64,000 nt of DNA from Actinomycetota bacterium (lineage in GTDB: Bacteria; Actinomycetota; UBA4738; HRBIN12). A program made the translations under genes and the position numbers. The stretch is taken from NCBI GenBank assembly GCA_040880745.1, contig JBBDHX010000030.1, forward strand, positions 7,494 to 71,493. The letters run 5' to 3'. The notes beneath the pieces are model-generated. The model was not told the origin of the DNA, did no database searches, and saw nothing but the letters and a program-made list of their open reading frames with translations. This document shows positions 11,527-20,559 of this stretch, one piece after another; position 1 is the stretch's first letter, and every line of letters begins with the position of its first letter.

Positions 11527-14500
11527 CTACGCGGCAGGCACCGATCCGAGGGCCGCGTGCAGACCCGCTCGCACCCACCGCACCAGATCGGCGCCGAAGA
11601 CCCGGCCGGGCGAGAGGTTGAGCGTCTGCTTGGCCATGTGGTAGGTGGCTCCTTCCACGCGGTCGGCCAGATCCACGCGCATCGCCTCGGGCAGATCCAC
11701 CGGCGAGATCCGGATCTGCTCCTTGAACGTCGAGATCTCTCGCACGCCCAGCCGCGCGGCCTCCAGGCGGAGGGACGCGATCGCGAACAGGACCTCCACC
11801 TGTTCAGGGAGCGCCCCGAAACGATCCACCGTCTCGGCGTGGATCGCGTCCAGCACGTCCTGCTCCGAAGCCATCGAGATACGCCGGTAGAGCTCGAGGC
11901 GGAGCGACTCCTGTGCGATCCACCCGGGCGGCACGTAGGCCTTCACGGGCAGGTCGATCCGGAGATCGCGATCGGGCTCCACCGGTGCGCCCCGGAGTTC
12001 GCCGACGGACTCCTGCAAGATGCGGGCGTACGCATCGAAGCCCACCGCCGCGATGTGTCCGCTCTGCTCGGCGCCCAGAAGGTTCCCCGCTCCGCGGATC
12101 TCCAGGTCACGCATGGCGATCTGGAAGCCGCTGCCGAGGGCCTGGTGCTGCGCGATCGTCGCCAGGCGCGCGTGCGCCTCCTCGGTCATCTCCCGCTGCG
12201 CGGGGAAGAACATGTACGCGAACGCGCGCTCGCCCGCCCTGCCCACGCGGCCGCGGAGTTGATACAGCTGGGCGAGCCCGAGCATATCCGCGCGGTCCAC
12301 CACGAGCGTGTTGGCGTTCGGGACGTCCAGGCCGCTCTCGATGATGGTGGTGCACACGAGCACGTCGGCCTCGCGCTGCCAGAACCGCATCATCTCGCGC
12401 TCCAGGACGTCCTCGTCCAGCTGCCCGTGACCGACGGCGATCCGTGCATCCGGCAAGGCCTCGCGGAGCCGGTGGGCCTGCCGCTCGATCGTGGCGACAC
12501 GGTTGTGGACCCAGAAGACCTGTCCCTCCCGCAACAACTCGCGCCGGACGGCTCCCAGAGCCAGGTCCTCGTCGAAGGAGCCGACGAACGTGAGCACCGG
12601 CTGGCGGTCCTCCGGCGGCGTGTCGATGGTCGACATCTGCCGGATGCCCGCGAGCGCCATCTCGAGCGTCCGCGGGATCGGCGTCGCCGTCATCGTCAGC
12701 ACGTCGACCTGGGCGCGCATCGTCTTCACGCGCTCCTTGTGGGCCACCCCGAATCGCTGTTCCTCGTCCACGACGAGGAGCCCGAGGTTCGCGAACGCGA
12801 CGTCTCGGCCGAGCAACCGGTGCGTCCCGATCACGACGTCCACCTTGCCGGCGGCCAGGTCGAGGAGGACCTCCTGTTGCTCGCTCGGCGAGACGAACCG
12901 GGAGAGCATCCGCACCGTGACGGGGAAGGGCCGGAACCGCTCGGAGAAGGTGAGGAAGTGTTGCTCGGCCAACAAGGTGGTCGGTACGAGCACGGCGACC
13001 TGTGTCCCGTCCATGACCGCCTTGAACGCGGCGCGGAGCGCGACCTCGGTCTTGCCGAACCCGACATCTCCGCACACGAGCCGGTCCATCGGCGTCACCT
13101 GCTCCATGTCACGCTTCACCTCGTCGATGACACGCAGCTGGTCGGGCGTCTCTTCGAATGGGAACGCGTCCTCGAGTTCCTGCTGCCACGGCGTGTCGGG
13201 GCCGAACGCGCGCCCGGGCACCGACATGCGGACCGTGTACAGGCGCACGAGCTCGCCGGCCATGTCGCGGACCGCGCGCTTGACCTTCGCCGTGGCACGC
13301 GCCCAATCCGAACCGCCCATCCGCATGATCCGCGGCGCGTCGCCGCCGATGTAGCGCGCCACCATGCCGACCGCATCAGAGGGCACGAAGAGCTTGTCCC
13401 CGGCCGCGTACTCGATCACGAGGTAATCGCGCTCGGCGCCGCCGATCTCCCGGTGCACGATGCCCGCGTACCGCCCGACCCCGTGGATGCGATGCACCGC
13501 GAAGTCACCGGGCTCGAGCTCGTCGGCAACCGCATCGGAGCGCCGCTGGGTGAACCGCGGCGCCGACCGCGTGTGACGCCGCGTCCCGAAGACGTCCTCC
13601 TCGGTGGCGACCGCCAGACGTCCCGGCGCGAAGACGAAGCCCGTCGAGAGCGAGGACTCCTGCGTCTGGGCCGACGTCGTCCCGATGACTTCCCGCACGC
13701 GAGCGAGCGACCCGTGAGCGCGTCCCGTGAGCGTCACGGCGTGCCCGGACGCTTCGAGCTCGCCGATGCGGCGCGCCATCTCGGCGGGGTTGGCCTGCGC
13801 CGTCCCCCACGAGCGCGTCCCCAGGTCGAGTCCATCGGTGAACTCGGTCAGGTGCACGGATGTGCGTTCCCCGATGGCTTCCTCCAGGTCGACGATCACC
13901 CGGGGTCCCGGCCAGCCCGTCGCCTCGGCGAGTGCGTCGGCGTCCGCCGCCGCGTGCGCGGCCCGACCCAGGGTCCTGGCGGCTTCGGTGATGACCACCC
14001 ACGCGCCGTCGGGCAAGCGGGCCGCGGGCGGGACCAACCGGTCGAACAGGAACGGGATGGCGGTCTCCATGCCTTCGGGGTGCAGGCCGTCGGCGATCCG
14101 CCGCAGGAGATCACCGATCCGCCCGGCGTGGCGACTCGCCTCGCCGTCCGCACGGGCGCGGACGGCCGCATCGGGGATGAGCTCGCGGACGGGACCGACC
14201 TCTTCGGCGCCCAGGCGCCCGGTCGAGAGCTGGGTCGACGGGGCGAACGTCCGCAGCGACTCCACCTGGTCGCCCCAGTACTCGAGGCGGACCGGGCGGC
14301 GCGCACCACCGGGGAACACGTCGAGGACCCCGCCGCGTACCGCGAACTCGCCACGGTGTTGCACCACGTCCGCTCGGGTGTAGCCCAGATCCACGAGCCG
14401 CTCGGCCAGGTCATCCGGCGCGAGGTCCAGCCCCTCGCTGAGCGCGAGCGCGGCGACGGCTCCGAGGGTCGGCGCCACCGCGTGCATCGCCGCCAGCGCG

Positions 14501-14853
14501 GGCGCGACCAGCACGAACGGCCCCCGAGCCGCCAAGAGCGCCGACATGGCGCCCGCGCGCCGGGCGGCGACCTCGGGTGACGGAGAGATCTGCTCGTAGG
14601 GCAGCGCCTCCCAGGCCGGGAGCAGGGCCGACCGTCCGGGCACCAGCGCCTCCACGTCGCGGTGCAGGTCCTCCGCCTCGTGCGGCCCGGCGGCGACCGC
14701 GAAGACCGCCGTGTCCAGGGCGAGAGCCGAAGCGGCGATAGCGACCGCTTCGCCCGCCTCGGCCCGGACCCGGATCGGACGCTCGCGAGCGAGCAGCAGC
14801 CGTTCGAACGGCTCGGAGGCCGCGATCGATGCGAGCGCCTCCTGCAGCGACAC
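11527..14853 (-). CDS. mfd: transcription-repair coupling factor
   Basis: 1108-aa ORF with UvrB-homology N-terminus, CarD/RNAP-interacting domain, DEAD/DEAH helicase motifs (GFGKTEVALRAAF, DEEQRFGV) and TRCF C-terminal domain. Confidence 0.95.
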   Translation of the reverse strand: MSLQEALASIAASEPFERLLLARERPIRVRAEAGEAVAIAASALALDTAVFAVAAGPHEAEDLHRDVEALVPGRSALLPAWEALPYEQISPSPEVAARRAGAMSALLAARGPFVLVAPALAAMHAVAPTLGAVAALALSEGLDLAPDDLAERLVDLGYTRADVVQHRGEFAVRGGVLDVFPGGARRPVRLEYWGDQVESLRTFAPSTQLSTGRLGAEEVGPVRELIPDAAVRARADGEASRHAGRIGDLLRRIADGLHPEGMETAIPFLFDRLVPPAARLPDGAWVVITEAARTLGRAAHAAADADALAEATGWPGPRVIVDLEEAIGERTSVHLTEFTDGLDLGTRSWGTAQANPAEMARRIGELEASGHAVTLTGRAHGSLARVREVIGTTSAQTQESSLSTGFVFAPGRLAVATEEDVFGTRRHTRSAPRFTQRRSDAVADELEPGDFAVHRIHGVGRYAGIVHREIGGAERDYLVIEYAAGDKLFVPSDAVGMVARYIGGDAPRIMRMGGSDWARATAKVKRAVRDMAGELVRLYTVRMSVPGRAFGPDTPWQQELEDAFPFEETPDQLRVIDEVKRDMEQVTPMDRLVCGDVGFGKTEVALRAAFKAVMDGTQVAVLVPTTLLAEQHFLTFSERFRPFPVTVRMLSRFVSPSEQQEVLLDLAAGKVDVVIGTHRLLGRDVAFANLGLLVVDEEQRFGVAHKERVKTMRAQVDVLTMTATPIPRTLEMALAGIRQMSTIDTPPEDRQPVLTFVGSFDEDLALGAVRRELLREGQVFWVHNRVATIERQAHRLREALPDARIAVGHGQLDEDVLEREMMRFWQREADVLVCTTIIESGLDVPNANTLVVDRADMLGLAQLYQLRGRVGRAGERAFAYMFFPAQREMTEEAHARLATIAQHQALGSGFQIAMRDLEIRGAGNLLGAEQSGHIAAVGFDAYARILQESVGELRGAPVEPDRDLRIDLPVKAYVPPGWIAQESLRLELYRRISMASEQDVLDAIHAETVDRFGALPEQVEVLFAIASLRLEAARLGVREISTFKEQIRISPVDLPEAMRVDLADRVEGATYHMAKQTLNLSPGRVFGADLVRWVRAGLHAALGSVPAA

Positions 14854-14940
14854 CCCGACCCCTCTCGCACACCACGAACAGCCCCTGCCGCGGCGCGACA
14901 GGGGTACGGAGCCGAGTCTACGGGTGTGCGCGAGCTGGGC

Positions 14941-17116
14941 TCAGACCGCGTGCAGCCGGCCGGGGGAACGCCTGTCCAGGTGCTCGGCGCTGCGGGCGCT
15001 CACGACCGACTCACGCTCGAGGTTGCGAACCGAGAGCCAGAGGGTGAACTCATCGACCGGGATGGGCCGGGAGATGTAGAAGCCTTGCGCTTCGTCGCAG
15101 CCGAACTCCGCGAGCCGGTCGAACGTGTCGAGATCCTCGACCCCTTCTGCCACCACGCGGAGGCCCAGGTTCCTGCCCAGCTCCACCGTTGCGCGCACGA
15201 TCATGAAGTCGTTCGCATCCACATGCATCTGCATCACGAACGAGCGGTCGATCTTGATCTCCTCGATCGGGAGCCGCTTCAGGTAAGAGAGCGATGAATA
15301 GCCCGTCCCGAAGTCGTCGATCGACAGACCGACCCCCACGTCGGAAAGTGCGTCGAGGACCGCCGTCGAGCGCCCCGAGTCGCCCATCAGGAAAGACTCG
15401 GTGAGCTCCATCCGCAGGAAGGCCGGCGGCACATCCCAACGCTCGAGCTGGGCGGCCACCAGATCCGGCAGATCACCGTCCAGCAGCGACCGGGGTGAGA
15501 TGTTGACGGCGACCGGGATCCGGATCCCCATGTCCGCCCACGTACGCCACTGGTGCAAGACCGACCCGATCACGAACTGGGTCAGTGGCCGGAGCAGGAC
15601 GGTCTTCTCCACCAGCGGGATGAACTCATCAGGCGGGAGCAGTCCCATCGCCGGATGCTGCCACCGGATGAGGGCCTCGGCGCCGGCGACCCGGCCGTCG
15701 GCCAACCGCACCTTCGGTTGGTAGTACATGACGAACTCCCCGGCCTCGATCGCCGGGCGGACCTGACCGATCAACGTGAGTCGCTGCGGGTTGTGCCGGT
15801 CCATATCATCGTCGTACACCTCGAAGCCGCGCCCGCTCTCCTTCGCGGCGTACATCGCGACATCGGCCCGGCGCATGAGCGTCTCCGCGTCGTGGGCCTG
15901 CGCAGGGAAGAACGCGACCCCCACGGAGCCCGACACATCCAGGGCCAGGCCCTCGACCGTCATCGGGTGCTCGAGCTCGGCGATCAGTCGCTCGGCGACG
16001 TGTACGGCGACCTCGTCGTTCGGCAGAGCCGGCAACACGATCCCGAACTCGTCCCCGCCCAGCCGGGCCATGAGGTCGTCGTCGCGCAGCACGCTCGAGA
16101 GCCGGGGGCCCATCTCCTTCAGGAGCATGTCCCCGAAGTGGTGCCCGAGGGTGTCGTTGACCTCCTTGAAGTGGTCGAGGTCGATGAGCATCACACCGAT
16201 CCGCCCGCCGGTCGCACGCGCCTGCGTGATCGCCTCCTCGAGCCTATGTTGGAAGAGCACGCGGTTGGGCAAACCCGTGAGCGAGTCGTGCAACGCCTGG
16301 TACTCGTTCTCGGCCTGCTTGACGGCGAGTTCGTTGGTGGCCTCCTGGAGCGAATGGGTGCGCTGGAACATCTGCCGCGCGAACGCGAGCGGCGCCGCGA
16401 ACACCAGGATGGAGAACGCACCCAGTTGTGCGAACGACGTGGCGACAAGGACCGCGAACATGGCCAAGCCCATGTACGAAAGGAGGAACTCCCCGAACAC
16501 CCCTTGATGCATCTCGCCGAGGATGGCCCGCACGCGCTTGCCCGACTGCAGCTTGTAGTAGAAGGCGACGATCACGGTGTTCGTCCCATAGCCAACGATC
16601 GCCGCGAGCAGGGTCGGCGGGATCAGGATCCAGGCGTCGATACCGTCGCGGACGGCTTGCGGATCGATCCAGAGCTTGAACAGGTGCGACTCCACGATCA
16701 CGCAGACGGCGATCTGCGACCGGATGAAGGCGGCCTTGAGGACCGGAAGATCCCCGCGCAGCTCCCTCGCATCCGCGGAACCGAGCAAGGCGATCGCGGC
16801 GGCGATCGGTGTCGGGAAGATGAGCGCCGCGGACAGCTCCAAAGGGAAGGACAGGCTGAACGCCATCGAGACGTTCGTCGCGACGGGGAGCAGTTCGGCA
16901 ACGGTGACTGCAACCGCCCACGCCAGCGGCGCCCATTCCCACTGCACGAACTGCCCCGGACGGTTCGCGAGCTCGACCAGGAGGTACAGGACCACGGGGA
17001 GACTCACCAACAGCTCGAAGGCGATGATGGCCGGACGCCGGTCGTGCACCGGACGGGCCCTTGGGACCCCTCCTTCGATCTCCGCCTCCGCCCCCGGGGC
17101 CTCAGGCGCCGGCATG
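14941..17116 (-). CDS. membrane-anchored diguanylate cyclase/phosphodiesterase (GGDEF-EAL) with N-terminal multi-TM sensor domain
   Basis: GGDEF motif in RLGGDEFGIVL and EAL motif in EALIRWQHP. About 280 aa of N-terminal TM region. Start taken at the ATG at 17116, which overlaps the upstream membrane-protein gene by 15 nt. Confidence 0.9.
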
Positions 17117-17677
17117 CGAGGGCTCCCGCGACCGCACGAGTCCGTCGGCGGGTCGGCTCCTGCGTCGCATCCCAGCCGCGACGACGATGGCGACGCCGCC
17201 GTAGGTGAAGATGTCACCGACGCTGATCGCTTGCGCCACCGGCGGTGGGATCGCGATCACGTCGCCCAGGAACAGCACCACGTCATCCGGCCCCGCGAGG
17301 TGATGCTTCACGTACCCGTCGGCCTCGTTCACCAGATCGCCGAGCGTGTCCACCTGTCCCGAGGCGATGAGAGCTTGTTTGGAGACCGGCATACCGTCGT
17401 TGGCAGCGATGACGAGGAAATTCAACGCGACGCCGATCACGATCAGGGCGAAGCCCGGTATCTCGACGTTCACGATCGCGAAGATCCAGAGGAGCACGAA
17501 CGATCCGAGGAGCATGAACAACGGCCACTGGCCGGGCGGGTTGATGAGCTGCATCGTGAACCCGATCAGCGCGAGCGGGGCGAGCCGGATGCGCAGCGCC
17601 GACAGGTGTCGCAGCCGCCCGCCCACGAGGTATCCCGCACCGAACGTCAACGCGAGGGTGATCGCGATCAGCTTCAT
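17102..17677 (-). CDS. polytopic membrane protein (DUF5317-like), translationally coupled to the GGDEF-EAL gene
   Basis: 191-aa hydrophobic ORF MKLIAITLALTFGAGYLVGGRL.... This family is commonly adjacent to c-di-GMP turnover genes. The DUF5317 assignment is from memory, not a search. Confidence 0.5.
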   Translation of the reverse strand: MKLIAITLALTFGAGYLVGGRLRHLSALRIRLAPLALIGFTMQLINPPGQWPLFMLLGSFVLLWIFAIVNVEIPGFALIVIGVALNFLVIAANDGMPVSKQALIASGQVDTLGDLVNEADGYVKHHLAGPDDVVLFLGDVIAIPPPVAQAISVGDIFTYGGVAIVVAAGMRRRSRPADGLVRSREPSHAGA

Positions 17678-17793
17678 AGGTCAGGTATCGGAACGGGACA
17701 AGTGAACTGAAGGTCCTCCGGACGTCACCACTGGAACGGCGAAAGGCTCGCGGTTCGGAGGGATCCGGACCGCGAGCCTTTACGCTGCAAGAC

Positions 17794-17886
17794 TCAGCCG
17801 TTCGCCCACACGGGCTTCCATCCGGCGCCAACCGCCATGGCCAGCGCCGCGAGGGTCGTGAGCGCGTACATGATCCTTCGGACCAT
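17794..17886 (-). CDS. microprotein A (30 aa, type 1): MVRRIMYALTTLAALAMAVGAGWKPVWANG
   Basis: AGGAGG RBS 7 nt upstream. Single TM helix. Paralog of microprotein C, with a 32-nt identical DNA core and diverged flanks while the protein is conserved. Not in the ORF track because it is under 60 aa. Confidence 0.55.
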   Translation of the reverse strand: MVRRIMYALTTLAALAMAVGAGWKPVWANG

Positions 17887-17906
17887 CTGGCTCCTCCTTC
17901 CTCGCG

Positions 17907-18011
17907 CTATCCCTTGTTGTTGGGCTTCCATCGTGCCCCAGCAGCCAAGAGCAGCGTGGCCAGGGTGGCAGCGGTGTACAGCAGGTGCTTCCAGTTGGTC
18001 GTTCGCTGCAT
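17907..18011 (-). CDS. microprotein B (34 aa, type 2): MQRTTNWKHLLYTAATLATLLLAAGARWKPNNKG
   Basis: GGAGG RBS. Paralog of microprotein D; many synonymous codon differences while the TM helix protein sequence is identical. Confidence 0.55.
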   Translation of the reverse strand: MQRTTNWKHLLYTAATLATLLLAAGARWKPNNKG

Positions 18012-18155
18012 CGTGCGCTCCACCTCCTTCGATCCGTTGCTCGACGATCATGGCGTCCGAGGGAGGACGACGCATCGGCCGGATCGGCCGTTCTCATGTC
18101 CCCCGGGGGGATAGGCCGGTGGGGTCGACGGGGTAGGCCGTTCGGTGGACGCAGG

Positions 18156-18190
18156 AACGCCCCACCGGCCCGAGGGTCGGCGGGGCGTTC
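18156..18190. terminator. near-perfect 16-bp GC-rich stem-loop between the two microprotein cassettes
   Basis: gaacgccccaccggcc-cgag-ggtcggcggggcgttc. No U-tract, which is common in high-GC actinobacteria. Confidence 0.4.
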
Positions 18191-18211
18191 TGGCTCAGCT
18201 GGGGCGCTGGA

Positions 18212-18310
18212 TCAGTTCCCGAGGTAGCCGGGCTTCCATCCGGCGCCAACCGCCATGGCCAAAGCTGCCAGGCTCGCGAGCGAGTAGATCACCTTACGAA
18301 GCATGTCCAT
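18212..18310 (-). CDS. microprotein C (32 aa, type 1): MDMLRKVIYSLASLAALAMAVGAGWKPGYLGN
   Basis: RBS-like aaGGAGag upstream; paralog of microprotein A. Confidence 0.55.
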   Translation of the reverse strand: MDMLRKVIYSLASLAALAMAVGAGWKPGYLGN

Positions 18311-18328
18311 CTCTCCTTCCCGTTCCGA

Positions 18329-18454
18329 TCAGTGGCCGCCGCCGCCTCCGCCCGAAGGCTTCCAACGGGCGCCGGCCGCGAGCAAGAGCGTGGCGAGCGT
18401 GGCAGCGGAGTAGATCACGTGCCGCCAGTTGACGCCCATCACCTTGTCGCGCAT
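18329..18454 (-). CDS. microprotein D (41 aa, type 2): MRDKVMGVNWRHVIYSAATLATLLLAAGARWKPSGGGGGGH
   Basis: AGGAGG RBS 8 nt upstream. Paralog of microprotein B. May instead start at the internal MGVNWRH. Confidence 0.5.
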   Translation of the reverse strand: MRDKVMGVNWRHVIYSAATLATLLLAAGARWKPSGGGGGGH

Positions 18455-18609
18455 CCCATCACCTCCTTCTTCCATTCCCCCGAGTCATCGGCCGGCCTGC
18501 CCTGTGGGCTCATCGGGCGACGGTCGATGATCCCGACCCCCCGGTACCCGGAGGCGAGTAGGACCGACGGATAGGTCCGAAGGCGGTGGCCGTCAGGGGG
18601 ACAGGGCGC

Positions 18610-19191
18610 TCAGGGGCCGGCGGCGCCCTTGTTGAACCGATCCTGGGACGCCGCGAGCCCTTCGGTGATCAGGCACTCCACGGCGTCGGCGGCTCGGTCG
18701 ACCCAGAGAGCGACGTCGGCCTGCTGCTGGCGGCCGATCGGCTGCAGGACGAAATCGGCCGGATCTTGCCGGCCCGGTGGGCGTCCCACGCCGACGCGGA
18801 CGCGATGGTAGTCCGGGCTCCGGAGTGCCTGCGTGAGCGACTTCAGTCCGTTATGCCCCGCCGAACCTCCACCCAGCTTGAGCCGCAGTTCGCCGGGCGC
18901 GATCTCGATCTCATCGTGGACCGCGACCACGTGGCCGGGGTCGATCCCGTGCCTGCGCGCAACGCCGGCGAAGGAGGTGCCTGACTCGTTCATGTACAGG
19001 GTGGAGATCACGAGCCAGACAGACACACCCTCGATGTGCACCTCCGCCACCTCGGCAGGCATGAAACGGGCCTTGCGGAAGCGTGCATCCGACCTCGCGG
19101 CCAGTTCGGCGACCGTCATCCGCCCTGCGTTGTGACGCGTGGCGGCGTAGCGCTCTCCCGGGTTGCCGAGGCCCGCGACGAGCCAGGCCAT
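18610..19191 (-). CDS. pth: peptidyl-tRNA hydrolase
   Basis: Begins MAWLVAGLGNPGERYAATRHNAGRM; catalytic His/Asp region and HNGLKS motif. Confidence 0.9.
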   Translation of the reverse strand: MAWLVAGLGNPGERYAATRHNAGRMTVAELAARSDARFRKARFMPAEVAEVHIEGVSVWLVISTLYMNESGTSFAGVARRHGIDPGHVVAVHDEIEIAPGELRLKLGGGSAGHNGLKSLTQALRSPDYHRVRVGVGRPPGRQDPADFVLQPIGRQQQADVALWVDRAADAVECLITEGLAASQDRFNKGAAGP

Positions 19192-19206
19192 GGTGGGGAC
19201 GGCGCG

Positions 19207-19887
19207 CTAGCCCTCGGCGGGGGCTTCGTCGGCGGCGGGCGCTTCCTCCACGGCGGGAGCGGCCTCCGCGGGCGCCTCCTCGGCCTCGGGTGCGGGCGCC
19301 TCGCCGGGGACCGAGAGATCCGCTTCGGTCCGCATCGCGGCCGGCGTGATCACCGAGACGATGGGAGTGTCGAGATCCGTGAGGATCGTGACGCCCGCGG
19401 GAGGCACGATGTCACCAACCCGGAGCATGTCGCCGATATCCAACGGGGTCACGTCGGCCTCGAGGGCCTCGGGCACGTCGCCCGGGAGGCATTCGATCTC
19501 GACTTCTCGCAGGTGACGCTCCAAGACGCCACCCTCCTTGACGCCGGCGGCCTCGCCCACGTCGCGTACCTCGACGGTCATCTTGACCTTCTCATCACGA
19601 CGGACCGCCAGGAAGTCGACGTGCACGTAGACGCTATGGATGAGGTCGCGCTGGACCTCGCGCGGGATGGCCAGGTGCGTCGCCCCGTCGACCTGAAGGT
19701 CGATCAGCATCGAGGCCCCGTGCGAGGCGTGGAACAGGTGCACCAGATCCTTGGCCGACACGCTGAGGGGCGTCGGGTCCATACCGTGGCCGTAGAGAAC
19801 GCCGGGGACGCGCCCGCCGGCCCGCAGACGGCGTCCGGCGCCCTTGCCGGTCTCGGTGCGGTGCTCAGCTTCGAGGATGGTTTCCAT
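19207..19887 (-). CDS. rplY: 50S ribosomal protein L25 / general stress protein Ctc
   Basis: Begins METILEAEHRTETGKGAGRRLRAGGRVPGVLYG. Ctc-form C-terminal extension with an acidic Ala/Glu/Pro tail. Confidence 0.85.
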   Translation of the reverse strand: METILEAEHRTETGKGAGRRLRAGGRVPGVLYGHGMDPTPLSVSAKDLVHLFHASHGASMLIDLQVDGATHLAIPREVQRDLIHSVYVHVDFLAVRRDEKVKMTVEVRDVGEAAGVKEGGVLERHLREVEIECLPGDVPEALEADVTPLDIGDMLRVGDIVPPAGVTILTDLDTPIVSVITPAAMRTEADLSVPGEAPAPEAEEAPAEAAPAVEEAPAADEAPAEG

Positions 19888-20040
19888 GGTCGCGAGGAGT
19901 CCTTCGAGGGGTCGTGGGAACCCGGGCATCCTAGCAACACGCTGGGAGGACCGACCGGCTGCGAGATCGTGGCGGCCCGAGCGCTACCTTCGGGGCACCT
20001 CGTGCGTCTTGGAGACACGATGCACGGAAGGACAGCCATC

Positions 20041-20559
20041 ATGACGGAGGCGACCTTGGTGGAGCCGGGCACGGATGCGATGGCGGATCTCTATGCCCGC
20101 CACGTTCCCTCGGCGATCCGCCTCGCCTACCTGCTCACGGGCGACCCCCATCAGGCTGAGGACCTCGCGCACGATGCGTTCGTGCGCTGCGTGGGCCGGT
20201 TCGGCCATCTCCGGGCGAAGGAGGCATTCGATGCCTACCTGCGGCGAGCGGTCGTGAACCTGCACACGTCCGGGCTCCGCCGCACCCGTACGGAGCGTTC
20301 GTGGCTCGCACGCGAGGGTGCCGCCGAGGTCCGCCGGACCACGGCGATGCCCGACGTAAGCGCGAAGGAAGATCTCTGGCGGGCGCTCGCGACCTTGCCG
20401 CAGCGGCAACGCGCCGCGCTCGTGCTCCGCCACTACGAAGACCTGTCCGAGCACGACACGGCCGACGTCATGCGATGCAGCGTCGCGGCCGTGAAGTCGC
20501 TCGTCGCGCGAGGGTCAGAGACCCTGCGCACCGCTCTTCACGAGGGAGGCATCCGATGA
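20041..20559 (+). CDS. ECF (sigma-70 family) RNA polymerase sigma factor
   Basis: Region 2 (AEDLAHDAFVRCV) and region 4 HTH (LSEHDTADVMRCSVAAVKSLVARG). Its stop overlaps the next gene in an ATGA arrangement. Confidence 0.85.
   Translation: MTEATLVEPGTDAMADLYARHVPSAIRLAYLLTGDPHQAEDLAHDAFVRCVGRFGHLRAKEAFDAYLRRAVVNLHTSGLRRTRTERSWLAREGAAEVRRTTAMPDVSAKEDLWRALATLPQRQRAALVLRHYEDLSEHDTADVMRCSVAAVKSLVARGSETLRTALHEGGIR

Noticed and set aside
11416-14580. 1054-aa plus-strand ORF
   Set aside because: Antisense to mfd; the translation has no domain signatures and is Arg/Asp/His-rich noise.
18455-18609. Additional microprotein genes upstream of peptide D or in the pth-proximal 155 bp
   Set aside because: No further ORF with the WKP motif or a strong RBS; the region is more likely the promoter of the D/C cassette.
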